Source of the DNA: Myxococcota bacterium
GTDB lineage: Bacteria; Myxococcota_A; UBA9160; UBA4427
Direction: 5' to 3'
DNA: 64,000 bases
Assembly (NCBI GenBank): GCA_965250285.1
Contig: OZ252299.1
Coordinates: 3,488,001 to 3,552,000 of the forward strand
A model generated the notes under the pieces. It made no database searches. It saw only the letters and a list, made by a program, of their open reading frames with translations, and had not been told where the DNA came from. Every line of letters begins with the position of its first letter. Positions within the stretch are counted from its first letter, which is position 1. A program made the position numbers and the translations under genes. Of this stretch, positions 18,385 through 28,889 are shown piece after piece.

Positions 18385-19836
18385 ATGAGCGATGCGTCGT
18401 CGGTGTCGAGCGGGTCCGACGCCTACAACTACACGGTGGTGCGCCAGTTCACGATCATGACGATCGTCTGGGGCATCGTCGGCATGCTGGTCGGTGTCGT
18501 GATCGCAGCACAGCTCGCGTGGCCCGAGCTGAACTTCGACGTGCCGTGGCTGTCGTACGGCCGTCTGCGGCCTCTGCACACCAACGCGGTGATCTTCGCA
18601 TTCGGTGGGTGCGCACTGTTCGCGACGTCGTACTACTGCGTGCAGCGCACCTGCCAGGCCGGGCTCTTCGGTGGTCCGCTCGTCGCATTCACGTTCTGGG
18701 GCTGGCAGCTCGTCATCGTCGCGGCCGCGATCAGCCTGCCCCTCGGCATCACGGCGACGAAAGAGTACGCCGAGCTCGAGTGGCCGATCGATGTGTTGAT
18801 CGCGCTGGTGTGGGTCGCGTACGCGGTCGTCTTCTTCGGGACGATCGTGAAGCGCAAGACCCCCCACATCTATGTCGCCAACTGGTTCTACGGGGCGTTC
18901 ATCCTGACCGTCGCTGTGCTGCACATCGTGAACAGCCTGGCGATCCCGGTCACGATGACGAAGTCGTACTCGATCTACCCGGGCGCCCTCGATGCCATGG
19001 TTCAGTGGTGGTACGGACACAACGCCGTGGGCTTCTTCCTGACCGCCGGGTTCCTCGGCATGATGTACTACTACGTACCGAAGCAGGCCGAGCGTCCGAT
19101 CTACTCGTACCGGCTCTCGATCGTCCACTTCTGGGCGTTGATCTCGATCTACATGTGGGCGGGTCCGCACCACCTGCACTACTCGTCGCTGCCCGACTGG
19201 GTGCAGTCGGTCGGCATGGTGTTCTCGTTGATCCTGCTCGCCCCAAGCTGGGGAGGCATGATCAACGGCATCATGACCTTGAGCGGCGCCTGGGAGAAGC
19301 TGCGCGACGACCCGGTGATTCGATTCATGGTCGTCTCACTCTCGTTCTACGGCATGTCGACCTTCGAGGGCCCGATGATGTCGATCAAGACCGTGAACGC
19401 GCTCTCGCATTTCACCGACTGGACGATCGGCCACGTCCACTCCGGCGCGCTCGGATGGGTCGCGATGATGACCATCGGATCGCTCTACTACCTGATCCCG
19501 CGGCTCTACGGACAGACGCAGATGTGGAGCGTGCGGCTGATCAACACGCACTTCTGGCTCTCGACCATCGGCGTCGTGCTCTATGTCGCCAACATGTGGA
19601 TCGCGGGCGTGATGCAGGGCCTGATGTGGCGCGCGGTGAACGAGGACGGGACGTTGACGTACACGTTCGTCGAGAGCCTCGAAGCGACGTGGCCCTACTA
19701 CGTCGGTCGCCTGCTCGGAGGATTCGTCTTCTTCACGGGCATGTTCGTCATGGCGTACAACACGTGGAAGACGGCGAGCGGGTCTGGAGCCGAGGCGAGC
19801 GACGAGTCGCTGGCACCGGTGGAGGTGCCGGCGTGA
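18385..19836 (+). CDS. ccoN: cbb3-type cytochrome c oxidase subunit I
   Basis: [38 protein letters not shown]. Confidence 0.98.
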   Translation: MSDASSVSSGSDAYNYTVVRQFTIMTIVWGIVGMLVGVVIAAQLAWPELNFDVPWLSYGRLRPLHTNAVIFAFGGCALFATSYYCVQRTCQAGLFGGPLVAFTFWGWQLVIVAAAISLPLGITATKEYAELEWPIDVLIALVWVAYAVVFFGTIVKRKTPHIYVANWFYGAFILTVAVLHIVNSLAIPVTMTKSYSIYPGALDAMVQWWYGHNAVGFFLTAGFLGMMYYYVPKQAERPIYSYRLSIVHFWALISIYMWAGPHHLHYSSLPDWVQSVGMVFSLILLAPSWGGMINGIMTLSGAWEKLRDDPVIRFMVVSLSFYGMSTFEGPMMSIKTVNALSHFTDWTIGHVHSGALGWVAMMTIGSLYYLIPRLYGQTQMWSVRLINTHFWLSTIGVVLYVANMWIAGVMQGLMWRAVNEDGTLTYTFVESLEATWPYYVGRLLGGFVFFTGMFVMAYNTWKTASGSGAEASDESLAPVEVPA

Positions 19837-20444
19837 ATCACGATCTCATCGAAAAGAACATCGGGCTCATGATGGTGCTGATCGTCGTGGTGATCAGTCT
19901 CGGCGGGCTGGCCGAGATCCTCCCGCTCTTCGCCGAAGGCATCGCGAGCGAGCCGGTCCCCGGCCTTCGCCCGCTCACCGCGCTCGAGCTCGAGGGACGC
20001 GACATCTACCAGCGCGAAGGCTGCATCGGCTGCCACTCGCAGATGATCCGCCCACTGCGGGCCGAGACCGAGCGCTATGGCCACTACTCGCTCTCCGGCG
20101 AGGTGGCGTACGAGCATCCGTTCTTGTGGGGCTCGAAGCGCACGGGGCCCGACCTCGCTCGCGTCGGGGGTCGCTACAGCGACGACTGGCACCGACAGCA
20201 TCTGATCAATCCGCGCATCCTCGTGCCCGAATCGAACATGCCCGGCTTTCCGTGGCTCGAAGAGACGCTGCTCGATGGCGCCGAGACCGGCGCCAAGATG
20301 TCGGCGCTCAGGATCGTGGGCGTGCCGTACACCGACGATCAGATCGAAGGCGCCCAGGCCGCCGTCGCGGGCAAGACCGAGATGCAGGCGGTGATCGCCT
20401 ACCTCCAGCAGCTGGGCACCCACCTCGACCGGGGGGCGCGCTGA
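19833..20444 (+). CDS. ccoO: cbb3-type cytochrome c oxidase subunit II
   Basis: GTGA overlap; [25 protein letters not shown]. Confidence 0.97.
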   Translation: MNHDLIEKNIGLMMVLIVVVISLGGLAEILPLFAEGIASEPVPGLRPLTALELEGRDIYQREGCIGCHSQMIRPLRAETERYGHYSLSGEVAYEHPFLWGSKRTGPDLARVGGRYSDDWHRQHLINPRILVPESNMPGFPWLEETLLDGAETGAKMSALRIVGVPYTDDQIEGAQAAVAGKTEMQAVIAYLQQLGTHLDRGAR

Positions 20445-20623
20445 TGGAAATGGGTTGGGCGCGCGGCGTGATCGCCGTGCTCACGCTGGTCGTGTTCCTC
20501 GGAATCTGCTGGTGGGCCTATCGGCCGGGGAACAAAGAGCGGTTCGAGGAAGACGCGATGATGCCGTTCGCAGACGACGACACGTCGGCGCGTGACGAAG
20601 GCGACGAAGGAGCGAATCGATGA
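20444..20623 (+). CDS. ccoQ: cbb3-type cytochrome c oxidase subunit CcoQ
   Basis: TGATG overlap; single TM then WAYRPGNKERFEEDAMMPF; located between ccoO and ccoP. Confidence 0.9.
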   Translation: MEMGWARGVIAVLTLVVFLGICWWAYRPGNKERFEEDAMMPFADDDTSARDEGDEGANR

Positions 20624-21516
20624 GTACCGGCTGGAGCATCTTCGTCATCGTGCTCATCGTGGTCAACGTCGTCGGCTGCATGTGGCTGCTGTTCGCGAAC
20701 CGCACCATCAAGGTCGACCCGGAGACCAAGGGCAAGTCACTGGGCCACGACTTCGACGGGATCGAAGAGCTGAACAACCCACTCCCGGCATGGTGGAGCT
20801 GGCTCTTCGTGCTCACGGTGGTGTTCTCGATCGCCTACTTCGTGCTGTACCCGGGCTTCGGCAACGTCGCTGGCGTGCTCGGGTGGACGTCGACCAATCA
20901 GTACGACGCCGAGGTGGCGGCCGCCGACGCACAGTGGGGGCCGATCTTCCGTGGCTACCTCGAGACGCCGATCCCCGATCTGCTGAACGACGAGCGGGCG
21001 CTGCGCATGGGCGGGCGCATCTTCGCGAACAACTGCTCGCCCTGTCATGGATCGGACGCGCGCGGCAACACGGGCTACCCGAACCTGACCGACGGCGACT
21101 GGCTCTACGGCGGTACACCCGAGGCCATCGTGCACTCGGTCACCCACGGCCGAAACGGCCTGATGCCGCCGTTCGGCGATGCGGTGGGGGGCGAGCCCGG
21201 GATCGCCGCTGTGACCGAGTACGTGCTGTCGCTCTCGGGCCGCGAGCACGACGCCGCGCTGGCCGCCGACGGCAAGCAGCACTTCGATACGATCTGCATG
21301 GCGTGCCACGGCATGGACGGAACCGGGAACCAGGCCATGGGCGCACCGAACCTGACCGACGACATCTGGCTGCACGGGGGTCGACGCGAAGACATCCAGT
21401 ATCAGGTGCGCGTCGGAAGGCTCAACCAGATGCCCGCCTGGGGGCCGATCCTCGGCGACGAGCGCGTGCATCTCGTCGCGGCCTACGTGCTCTCGCTCTC
21501 CCAGGGCGACGAGTAA
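20620..21516 (+). CDS. ccoP: cbb3-type cytochrome c oxidase subunit III (diheme)
   Basis: GHDFDGIEELNNPLPAWW; heme motifs CSPCH and CMACH. Confidence 0.97.
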   Translation: MSTGWSIFVIVLIVVNVVGCMWLLFANRTIKVDPETKGKSLGHDFDGIEELNNPLPAWWSWLFVLTVVFSIAYFVLYPGFGNVAGVLGWTSTNQYDAEVAAADAQWGPIFRGYLETPIPDLLNDERALRMGGRIFANNCSPCHGSDARGNTGYPNLTDGDWLYGGTPEAIVHSVTHGRNGLMPPFGDAVGGEPGIAAVTEYVLSLSGREHDAALAADGKQHFDTICMACHGMDGTGNQAMGAPNLTDDIWLHGGRREDIQYQVRVGRLNQMPAWGPILGDERVHLVAAYVLSLSQGDE

Positions 21517-21590
21517 CCCGCGTCGACGGATCGACCCATCCAACCCGACCGAGAGCCCCTCGAAGGACGCCCGCTGAGACAGGATCTGCC

Positions 21591-23009
21591 GTGAACACCG
21601 CCGCCCCTCAATCCGAACCCGAGACGATCTCCCTCTACGAGAAGTGGCGGAAGATCTACCCCCTGTGGGTCGACGGATCGTTCCAGACCTGGCGTCGGAT
21701 CACGCTCGTCGTCCTGCTGCTGATCTTCTACGTGAGTCCGTGGCTCACCTGGAACGGGCAGCGCGGCGTGCACTTCGACCTCGAGCATCGCCGCTTCACC
21801 CTGGCATTCGTGACCTTCGTGCCCGAAGAGTTCTACCTGCTTGCCTGGGCGCTGATCATCGCCGCGTTCACGCTGTTCTTCGTCACGGTGGTCGCCGGGC
21901 GCATCTTCTGTGGCTGGGCCTGCCCGCAGACCGTCTGGTCGCTGGTCTACTTCACGATCGAGTACCTGGTCGAGGGCGACCGCAGCGCGCGAATGCGCCT
22001 CGACCAGGGGCGATGGAACGCCAACCGGATTCGCAAGAAGCTGCTCAAGTTCTCTCTGTGGACAGTGCTAGCACTCTCGATCTCGATCACGTTCATGGGC
22101 TACTTCCAGCCCTTGCCCGAGTTCTTGCCGCGGCTCGCGCGCGGCGACCTCTCGGGCATGGAGTGGGCGATGATCGGCCTGCCCGCGCTCGCCACGTTCA
22201 TGATGCAGGGCGTGCTTCGCGAGCAGGTCTGCTTTCACATGTGCCCGTACGCGCGATTCCAGAGCGTGATGTTCGACCGCGACACGCTGATCATTGCCTA
22301 CGACAAGGAGCGCGGAGAACCCCGGGGCAAGCGCCGGCGCGGCACCGACCCCGACGAAGCCGGCCTCGGGTCATGCATCGACTGCAAGAAGTGCGTGAGC
22401 GTGTGTCCGACCGGCATCGACATTCGCGAAGGCCTGCAATACCAGTGCATCGGCTGCGCGAACTGCATCGACGTGTGCAACGACGTGATGGACCAGATGG
22501 GCTACCCGCGCGATCTCGTTCGCTACAGCAGCGAGAATCGCGACGAACACGCACCACGACACAAGCTGCGCCCGCGCCTCGTCGGCTACCTGGCCATGCT
22601 CGTCCTGGTCTCGAGCCTCTTCGGTTGGCAGGTGACTCACCGAGAAGCGCTCTCGATGGACGTGTCGCGCGATCGGTCGCGTCTGTACCGAGAGAACTGG
22701 GATGGCAGCGTCGAGAACGTCTACACCCTGCACGTGCAGAATCGGACCGACGCACCGGCCGCCTACGCGCTGACCGTCGACGCCGAGGTGCCCCTGACTT
22801 GGGAAGGGCCGGAGCAGATCGAGTTGGCTGCGCGCGAACGTCAGAGCGTATCGATCCGCCTCGTGATGAGCCCCGAAACCCCGACGAGCAGCACGCAGAG
22901 CCCCGTGTTCTTCGACATCCGAGCGCTCGGCGAGAGCGACGCCAGTGCGCGCAAGCAGAGCCGGTTCATCCGGCCCGAAGAGGTGTACCGAGAGGGGGGC
23001 TCCCCGTGA
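21591..23009 (+). CDS. ccoG: Cytochrome c oxidase accessory 4Fe-4S protein CcoG/FixG
   Basis: GRIFCGWACPQT, CPYARFQ, CIDCKKCVSVCPTGIDIR, CIGCANCIDVC. Confidence 0.95.
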   Translation: MNTAAPQSEPETISLYEKWRKIYPLWVDGSFQTWRRITLVVLLLIFYVSPWLTWNGQRGVHFDLEHRRFTLAFVTFVPEEFYLLAWALIIAAFTLFFVTVVAGRIFCGWACPQTVWSLVYFTIEYLVEGDRSARMRLDQGRWNANRIRKKLLKFSLWTVLALSISITFMGYFQPLPEFLPRLARGDLSGMEWAMIGLPALATFMMQGVLREQVCFHMCPYARFQSVMFDRDTLIIAYDKERGEPRGKRRRGTDPDEAGLGSCIDCKKCVSVCPTGIDIREGLQYQCIGCANCIDVCNDVMDQMGYPRDLVRYSSENRDEHAPRHKLRPRLVGYLAMLVLVSSLFGWQVTHREALSMDVSRDRSRLYRENWDGSVENVYTLHVQNRTDAPAAYALTVDAEVPLTWEGPEQIELAARERQSVSIRLVMSPETPTSSTQSPVFFDIRALGESDASARKQSRFIRPEEVYREGGSP

Positions 23010-23557
23010 GCACGACGGCCCCCCTGCCCTGGTACCGGCACTTCTGGCCCTGGTTCGTGCTCGGCCTGCTCGGCACTTCCATCGTCGGCAGCCTGACGAC
23101 CGTGTACATCGCGTTCTCGGGTCGCGACCCCGAGGTGCGCGACACCTGGTCGAGTGACGCCAAGGCCGTCACGCGCGACGACGCGCCTGATCAGCTCGCG
23201 GATGCACTGGGCCTGAGCGCACGGATCGTCGCGCTCGACGGTGCACCGATCGTGCGCGTGACCCTCTTCAGCACCGCCGACGCCGCGCTGGCCGATCGAA
23301 TCACCGCCCGGCTCGTCCACCCGACGCTCCAGCAGCGCGACCTCGAGATCACGCTGCGGAGTGTGGGCGTCGACGCGTACGAAGGCGAGCTCGCTTCGCC
23401 GATCACGGGGCGATTCCACCTGCTGCTCGAGGGTGAAGCACGCGTTCTGGGCGAGGCCGAACCCGCGCCCTGGCGGCTCGGCACCCGGACCGACGTCGTC
23501 CGCGGCCGCGCGATCGAGATCGGCCCGATCCCCGACGCCGGTCGGGTCGGCTCTTGA
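23006..23557 (+). CDS. ccoH: FixH/CcoH family protein
   Basis: GTGA overlap; PWYRHFWPWF then a TM helix; HPT motif; operon position. Confidence 0.85.
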   Translation: MSTTAPLPWYRHFWPWFVLGLLGTSIVGSLTTVYIAFSGRDPEVRDTWSSDAKAVTRDDAPDQLADALGLSARIVALDGAPIVRVTLFSTADAALADRITARLVHPTLQQRDLEITLRSVGVDAYEGELASPITGRFHLLLEGEARVLGEAEPAPWRLGTRTDVVRGRAIEIGPIPDAGRVGS

Positions 23558-26010
23558 CTGCCGCGCCGCAGGACGGCGGCGGCGACTGCTTTCACTGCGG
23601 GCTTCCGATCCCGCGCGGCTTTCATGCCGAGGCCTTCGTGCTCGGCGCCGCGCGGCCGATGTGCTGTCATGGCTGCGCCGCCGTGGCGCGGACGCTCGAA
23701 GCGCAGGGTCTCTCGGACTACTACCGACATCGCACCGAACGTCCGATGACGCCGGCCGAGCTGCCCTCGGCCCTCGAGGCCGAGCTCGTGCCCTTCACGT
23801 CTGCGGATCTCGCCCATGACGTGGCACCCCTCGACGATGACGGCCTTCGCACCGCGTCCCTGCTCGTCGAAGACATGCGCTGCGCCGCCTGCGCCTGGCT
23901 GATCGAAGAGCGCCTTCGAGGCCGACCCGGCGTCGCGCGCGCGAGCGCGAACCTCGGCACACATGTCGTCCACGTCGCGTTCGAGCCCGATACGACCTCG
24001 CTCGACGAGACGCTCCGCACGCTGCACGAGATCGGCTACCGCGCGCGACCTCGTCGCCCCGACACGCTCGCCGCGCACCGCACCCGCGAACACCGCCGCG
24101 CCCTCATCCGACTCGGCGTCGCGGGGCTCGGCGCCATGAACGTCATGACCTACGCCGCGGCGCTCTACGCAGGCGCATTCGTCGGCATGGAGGCTCGCTA
24201 CGAGACGCTCTTTCGGTGGGTGAGCTGGGTGGTCAGCACACCGGTCCTGCTGGTCGCCGGCGAGCCGTTCTTGCGTGCAGCCTGGCGCGACCTGAAGGCG
24301 CGGCGCCCGGGCATGGACGTGCCCATCGCGCTCGCGATGACGAGCGCGTACGTCGCGAGCGCGTGGAACACGTGGCGCGGGACCGGCGAGGTCTACTTCG
24401 ACTCGGTCTGCATGTTTGCGTTCTTCCTGACGCTGGGCCGCTCGATCGAGATGTGGGTGCGGCATCGATCGGAGGACGCGACCGACCGCCTGCTGCGCGC
24501 CGAGCCCGAGACGGCGTGTCGACTCGAGCACGGCGAGGAGAACTGGGTCCCCGCCGCATCGCTCGAGGTCGGCGATCGGGTGCTGGTGAGACCGGGCGAA
24601 TCCATCCCCTGCGACGGGCGGATCGTCGACGGCCGGACGAGCGTCGGCGAATCGCTCTTGACCGGCGAGCCGTGGCCGCGCGACGTCGACGTTGGCGGTC
24701 GTGTCCTCGGCGGCAGCACCAACGTCGATCAGCCGATCGTCGTCGAGGCCGTTCGCCCCGGACGCGAGTCGGTGCTGGCCTCGATCGTCGCGCTGCTCGC
24801 CCGCGCGCAGAGCGAAACGCCCCCCATCGTGCAGCGCGCCGATCGCGTCGCCCGCTGGTTCGTGAGCGGCGTACTGCTGATGGCCACCGGGACGGCCGCG
24901 GTCTGGCTTCGCATTGCGCCCGATCGCGCCTTCGAAGTCACGCTCGCGGTGCTCGTGGCGACCTGCCCCTGTGCGCTGTCGCTCGCCACACCGGTCGCCA
25001 TCGCCGCCGCGCAGTCGGCGCTCGCCGGCGCGGGGTTCCTGGTGACGCGCGGCCACGTGGTCGAAGCGCTGGCCGAGACGCGGCGGATGCTCCTCGACAA
25101 GACCGGCACGCTCACACGCGGACGACCGACGCTCGACGTGACGCACGCCCAGCGCGAGGGCGACCCGAACGCCATGCTCGCGCTCGCGGCCCGCCTCGAG
25201 GTCGGCTCGGAACACCCGGTCGCTCACGCGCTGCTCCGCGCCGCGCAGTCCGTGCCCGCACACGAGGGCGAGCTCACCGAACGACAGGCCGTCCACGGCT
25301 CGGGCATCGAAGCGCTGGTCGATGGTGAGCGCATTCGGATCGGTCGCCCCGACTGGGTCGATGCGCTCGCCACCGACGCGCGCGCTCGGGCCGAAGAGCC
25401 CGCGCAGGACGATCACGTCTGGGTCGCGCTCGGTGACGAGAAGGGGCGCATCGCGCTCTTCGGCCTGATCGACCCGATGCGAGACGATGCGCCTCCGGCC
25501 GTCCACGACCTGCAGGCGCTCGGGCTGACACTCGAGCTCGTCACGGGCGACTCGAGCCCAGCTGCATCGCGGCTCGCCGACGCCCTCGGAATCGAGGAGC
25601 ACGTCACGGGCGCGTCGCCGAACGCCAAGCGGGAGCGGATCCGCACTCTGCAGCGCCAGGGGGAGCGGGTCGCGGCCGTCGGCGATGGCGTGAACGATGC
25701 ACCGCTGCTCGGTCAGGCCGAGGTCAGTATCGCCATGGGCGGCGGCACCGACCTGGCGAAGGTCGGCGCCCACGCCGTGCTCATGAACGATCGACTTCGG
25801 TTGATTCCACGCGCGGTGTCGCATGCGCGCCGAACGCGGCGCATCGTGCGACAGAATCTCGCGTGGGCGGCTGCGTACAACACGGCCGTGATCCCGCTGG
25901 CCGTGCTGGGCGAGCTCGCCCCCTGGCAGTCGGCCCTCGGCATGTCGATCAGCTCGCTGCTGGTCGTGGTCAACGGCGTCCGCGCGGCCCGGTGGAGGGC
26001 GGCGTCATGA
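23554..26010 (+). CDS. ccoI: Cu-transporting P1B-type ATPase CcoI/FixI
   Basis: CFHCG, CCHGC, CAAC, TGE, CPC, DKTGT, GDGVND. Confidence 0.95.
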   Translation: MTAAPQDGGGDCFHCGLPIPRGFHAEAFVLGAARPMCCHGCAAVARTLEAQGLSDYYRHRTERPMTPAELPSALEAELVPFTSADLAHDVAPLDDDGLRTASLLVEDMRCAACAWLIEERLRGRPGVARASANLGTHVVHVAFEPDTTSLDETLRTLHEIGYRARPRRPDTLAAHRTREHRRALIRLGVAGLGAMNVMTYAAALYAGAFVGMEARYETLFRWVSWVVSTPVLLVAGEPFLRAAWRDLKARRPGMDVPIALAMTSAYVASAWNTWRGTGEVYFDSVCMFAFFLTLGRSIEMWVRHRSEDATDRLLRAEPETACRLEHGEENWVPAASLEVGDRVLVRPGESIPCDGRIVDGRTSVGESLLTGEPWPRDVDVGGRVLGGSTNVDQPIVVEAVRPGRESVLASIVALLARAQSETPPIVQRADRVARWFVSGVLLMATGTAAVWLRIAPDRAFEVTLAVLVATCPCALSLATPVAIAAAQSALAGAGFLVTRGHVVEALAETRRMLLDKTGTLTRGRPTLDVTHAQREGDPNAMLALAARLEVGSEHPVAHALLRAAQSVPAHEGELTERQAVHGSGIEALVDGERIRIGRPDWVDALATDARARAEEPAQDDHVWVALGDEKGRIALFGLIDPMRDDAPPAVHDLQALGLTLELVTGDSSPAASRLADALGIEEHVTGASPNAKRERIRTLQRQGERVAAVGDGVNDAPLLGQAEVSIAMGGGTDLAKVGAHAVLMNDRLRLIPRAVSHARRTRRIVRQNLAWAAAYNTAVIPLAVLGELAPWQSALGMSISSLLVVVNGVRAARWRAAS

Positions 26011-26207
26011 ACATTCTGCTGCTGCTGATCCCGCTCGGTCTCGGGCTGCTCGCCATCGCGCTGGGATTTTTCGTGTGGGCCGTCCGAAACGGTCAGCTCG
26101 AAAATCTCGACCAGGAGGGCATGCGCATCCTGTTCGACGAAGACTCGCCGAACGACATCGGCACCGAGCGCCGATCGGATGGCGAACGCAAGGACGAGCC
26201 GTCATGA
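26007..26207 (+). CDS. ccoS: cbb3 oxidase maturation protein CcoS/FixS
   Basis: ATGA overlap; LLIP TM helix, WAVRNGQLENLD..RILFD. Confidence 0.92.
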   Translation: MNILLLLIPLGLGLLAIALGFFVWAVRNGQLENLDQEGMRILFDEDSPNDIGTERRSDGERKDEPS

Positions 26208-27016
26208 GCGAGTCGATGGCGGCATCCACGATCGGCGCGTTCTTGTTCGGTCTGTTCGGGAGCCTCCACTGCGTGGGGATGTGCGGCGGCATCGTGTCGG
26301 CGCTCGGCCAGGCCGGCTCGGCCGGCTCACCGCACGGTGCCAGGGTGGCGACCGAGGCGATCCCCTATCACGTCGGGCGCATTTCGAGCTACGCGGTCGC
26401 CGGCGCAATCGTCGGCCTCGTCGGAGCCGCCTTCGCGCTGAGCCTCGACGTGCGGTGGCTGATGCGACTCGTCGCCGGGCTGCTGCTGATGGCGGCCGGC
26501 GCGTACGTTGCCGGCTGGTGGCTCGGCCTCGCGTCGCTCGAGCGCTGGTTCGCGCCGCTCTGGCAGCGCATCTCGCCCTGGACGAGTCGACTGCTCCCCG
26601 CCGACACCGCGGGTCGACGGCTGGCGCTCGGCGCGCTCTGGGGCTGGCTGCCGTGCGGCCTCGTGTACTCGGCGCTCGTGCTCGCTGCGGCGAGCGGGGG
26701 CGCGACCGCAGGCGCGCTCACGATGCTTGCCTTCGGCCTCGGGACCGCGCCGAGCCTGCTCGCGGTGGGCGCCTTCGGCGGGTTCGTCAGCGGGCTCGGG
26801 CGACGCCTCTCGGTGCGCCGGGGCGCGGGCGTCGCGCTGTGCCTCTTCGGCGTGTGGACGGCCATCGGGCCGGGCCTCTTGCCGGGCGGGCATCATGGGG
26901 CCCACGGCCACGGGGGCGGGCCGTCGCACGCACCGAGCGCGCCGTCCGACCCGACGACCGAGACGCCGTCGCCCCACCATGGCCACCACGAGCACCCCGG
27001 GCCGACGCAGCCCTGA
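26204..27016 (+). CDS. DsbD_2/TauE-SafE-like membrane protein with a His-rich tail
   Basis: SLHCVGMCGG, YHVGRISSY, GWLPCGLVY, AFGLGT; usual position after ccoS. Confidence 0.9.
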   Translation: MSESMAASTIGAFLFGLFGSLHCVGMCGGIVSALGQAGSAGSPHGARVATEAIPYHVGRISSYAVAGAIVGLVGAAFALSLDVRWLMRLVAGLLLMAAGAYVAGWWLGLASLERWFAPLWQRISPWTSRLLPADTAGRRLALGALWGWLPCGLVYSALVLAAASGGATAGALTMLAFGLGTAPSLLAVGAFGGFVSGLGRRLSVRRGAGVALCLFGVWTAIGPGLLPGGHHGAHGHGGGPSHAPSAPSDPTTETPSPHHGHHEHPGPTQP

Positions 27017-27128
27017 CCGCATCGCCCGCCACAAAGGACGTCGCCGCCGCGGGATCTTCACCGGTTGCGGCTGCACCGGGCGGGGCGCGCTCCTATGCTC
27101 GCCGCGTCCACCGCTCGAGGAGGCCCAG

Positions 27129-28862
27129 ATGGCTCGGCGACCCCACCCTCTCACGAGCGCGCTCTTCGGCATGCCAGCCGCCGCGCTCGGGTCTGCGCTC
27201 GCGCTCGGCCGCACCCTCTCCGTCGCGCTCGTTCTCGCGCTCGCACTCGCCGGCACGAATGCGCAGGCCGACACGGCCCGCGGCACCGTCTTCGAGGACG
27301 CCAACGGGGACGGCGTGCGCAGCGCCGGCGAGACGGGCGTCGCCGGGGTGCGCGTGTCGAACGGACGGTCGATCGTGAAGACCGACGCCGACGGGCGTTA
27401 CGAGATCGACCTCGAGCCCGGCGAGGTGCTCTTCATCACGAAGCCTTCGGGCTGGATGACCCCGGTCGACGCACATCAGCTGCCTCGCTTCTACTACGTG
27501 TACTCGCCCGAAGGATCGCCGAAGCTTCGCTACCCGGGTGTCGCTCCGACCGGCCCGCTCCCCGAAGCGATCGACTTTGCGCTCGTCCCGCGCGAGGAGG
27601 CGTCCCGCTTCGAAGTCATCCTGTTCGCCGATCCACAGCCCCAGAGCGAGATCGAGCTCGGCTATCTGCGCGACGACATCGTGGCCGAGCTGATCGGCAC
27701 CGACGCGCTCTTCGGCATGACCATGGGCGACATCCTCTTCGACGATCTGTCCTTCTTCCCGCGCTCCAACGCAGTCATCGCCCAGATCGGGGTGCCCTGG
27801 TACAACGTGCCGGGCAATCACGAGCTGAACCTCGACGCAGCAAACGACGCCGAGTCGCTCGAGACCTTCAAACGATTCTTCGGCCCGCCCTACTACTCGT
27901 TCGAAGTGGCCGATGCCGTCTTCTACGTGCTCGACAACATCGACTACCAGGGTGCGGGCGAGAGTGATCCTGCCGACTTCAGGCGCAAGGGCAGCTACGA
28001 AGCCCGAATCGGCAAGCGGCAGCTCGATTGGCTGAAGCGTGATCTGCAGTCCGTGCCCGACGACCGGCTCGTGTTCCTCGCGATGCACGCGCCCCTGCGC
28101 ACGTACCTGGGCGATTACGCTGGGGCGAACACACAAGACCGCAAGAAGCTCTTCGACGTGCTGCGTGGGCGCGAGCACCTGTACGCCGTGGCGGGCCACA
28201 CGCACACGACCGAGCACCACTACTTCGGCGAAGACGACGGCTTCCGTGGGCCCGGCGAGTTCCATCACCACGTCCTCACGACGGGTTCGGGCAGCTGGTG
28301 GAGCGGCCCGGTCGACCCGCGCGGTGTCGCCGCGGCCGATCAGCGCGACGGGACGCCCAATGGCTACCACGTGCTCGAGGTCGACGGCGTCGAGACGACG
28401 GTGCGCTACAAGGCGGCGAGCAAGCCGGCCGACTTCCAGATGCGCATCATGATCGACTCGACCGAGCACCTCGTCGAGGCGCCCGTGATCCGGCAGTACC
28501 GCCCGGGAGAGCTCCTCGACGGCCAGGTGCGGGCCGACGCGATCCCGCCGGCCCGCGTTCTCGTCAACCTCTTCGACGGCGGCCCCAAGTCGAAGGTGGC
28601 GTACGTGATCGACGACGGCGCGCCCGTCGAAATGACGCGCACGTCGATGATCGATCCGTTCGTCAACGAGCTCTACGTTCGCCACCCCGATGAGACGAAG
28701 CCCTGGGTGAAGGCCATGCCATCGAGCCACATGTTCGTCGCGCCCCTGCCCGCCGACCTTTCGCCGGGCACGTACACCCTCTCTGTCCAGGCCGTCGACG
28801 AATTCGGCCGCACACACCACGGCCACCGGGTGCTCGAGATCATCGGGTCGTCCGGGCGCTGA
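27129..28862 (+). CDS. Secreted calcineurin-like metallophosphoesterase (MetallophosN/C domains)
   Basis: GAGGAGG RBS; signal peptide; ADPQ, MGDI, PGNHE, AMH, GHTH, GSWWSG, DGTPNGY. Confidence 0.9.
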   Translation: MARRPHPLTSALFGMPAAALGSALALGRTLSVALVLALALAGTNAQADTARGTVFEDANGDGVRSAGETGVAGVRVSNGRSIVKTDADGRYEIDLEPGEVLFITKPSGWMTPVDAHQLPRFYYVYSPEGSPKLRYPGVAPTGPLPEAIDFALVPREEASRFEVILFADPQPQSEIELGYLRDDIVAELIGTDALFGMTMGDILFDDLSFFPRSNAVIAQIGVPWYNVPGNHELNLDAANDAESLETFKRFFGPPYYSFEVADAVFYVLDNIDYQGAGESDPADFRRKGSYEARIGKRQLDWLKRDLQSVPDDRLVFLAMHAPLRTYLGDYAGANTQDRKKLFDVLRGREHLYAVAGHTHTTEHHYFGEDDGFRGPGEFHHHVLTTGSGSWWSGPVDPRGVAAADQRDGTPNGYHVLEVDGVETTVRYKAASKPADFQMRIMIDSTEHLVEAPVIRQYRPGELLDGQVRADAIPPARVLVNLFDGGPKSKVAYVIDDGAPVEMTRTSMIDPFVNELYVRHPDETKPWVKAMPSSHMFVAPLPADLSPGTYTLSVQAVDEFGRTHHGHRVLEIIGSSGR

Positions 28863-28889
28863 TCCCATGAGACGAGCCCAGGTGACGGG

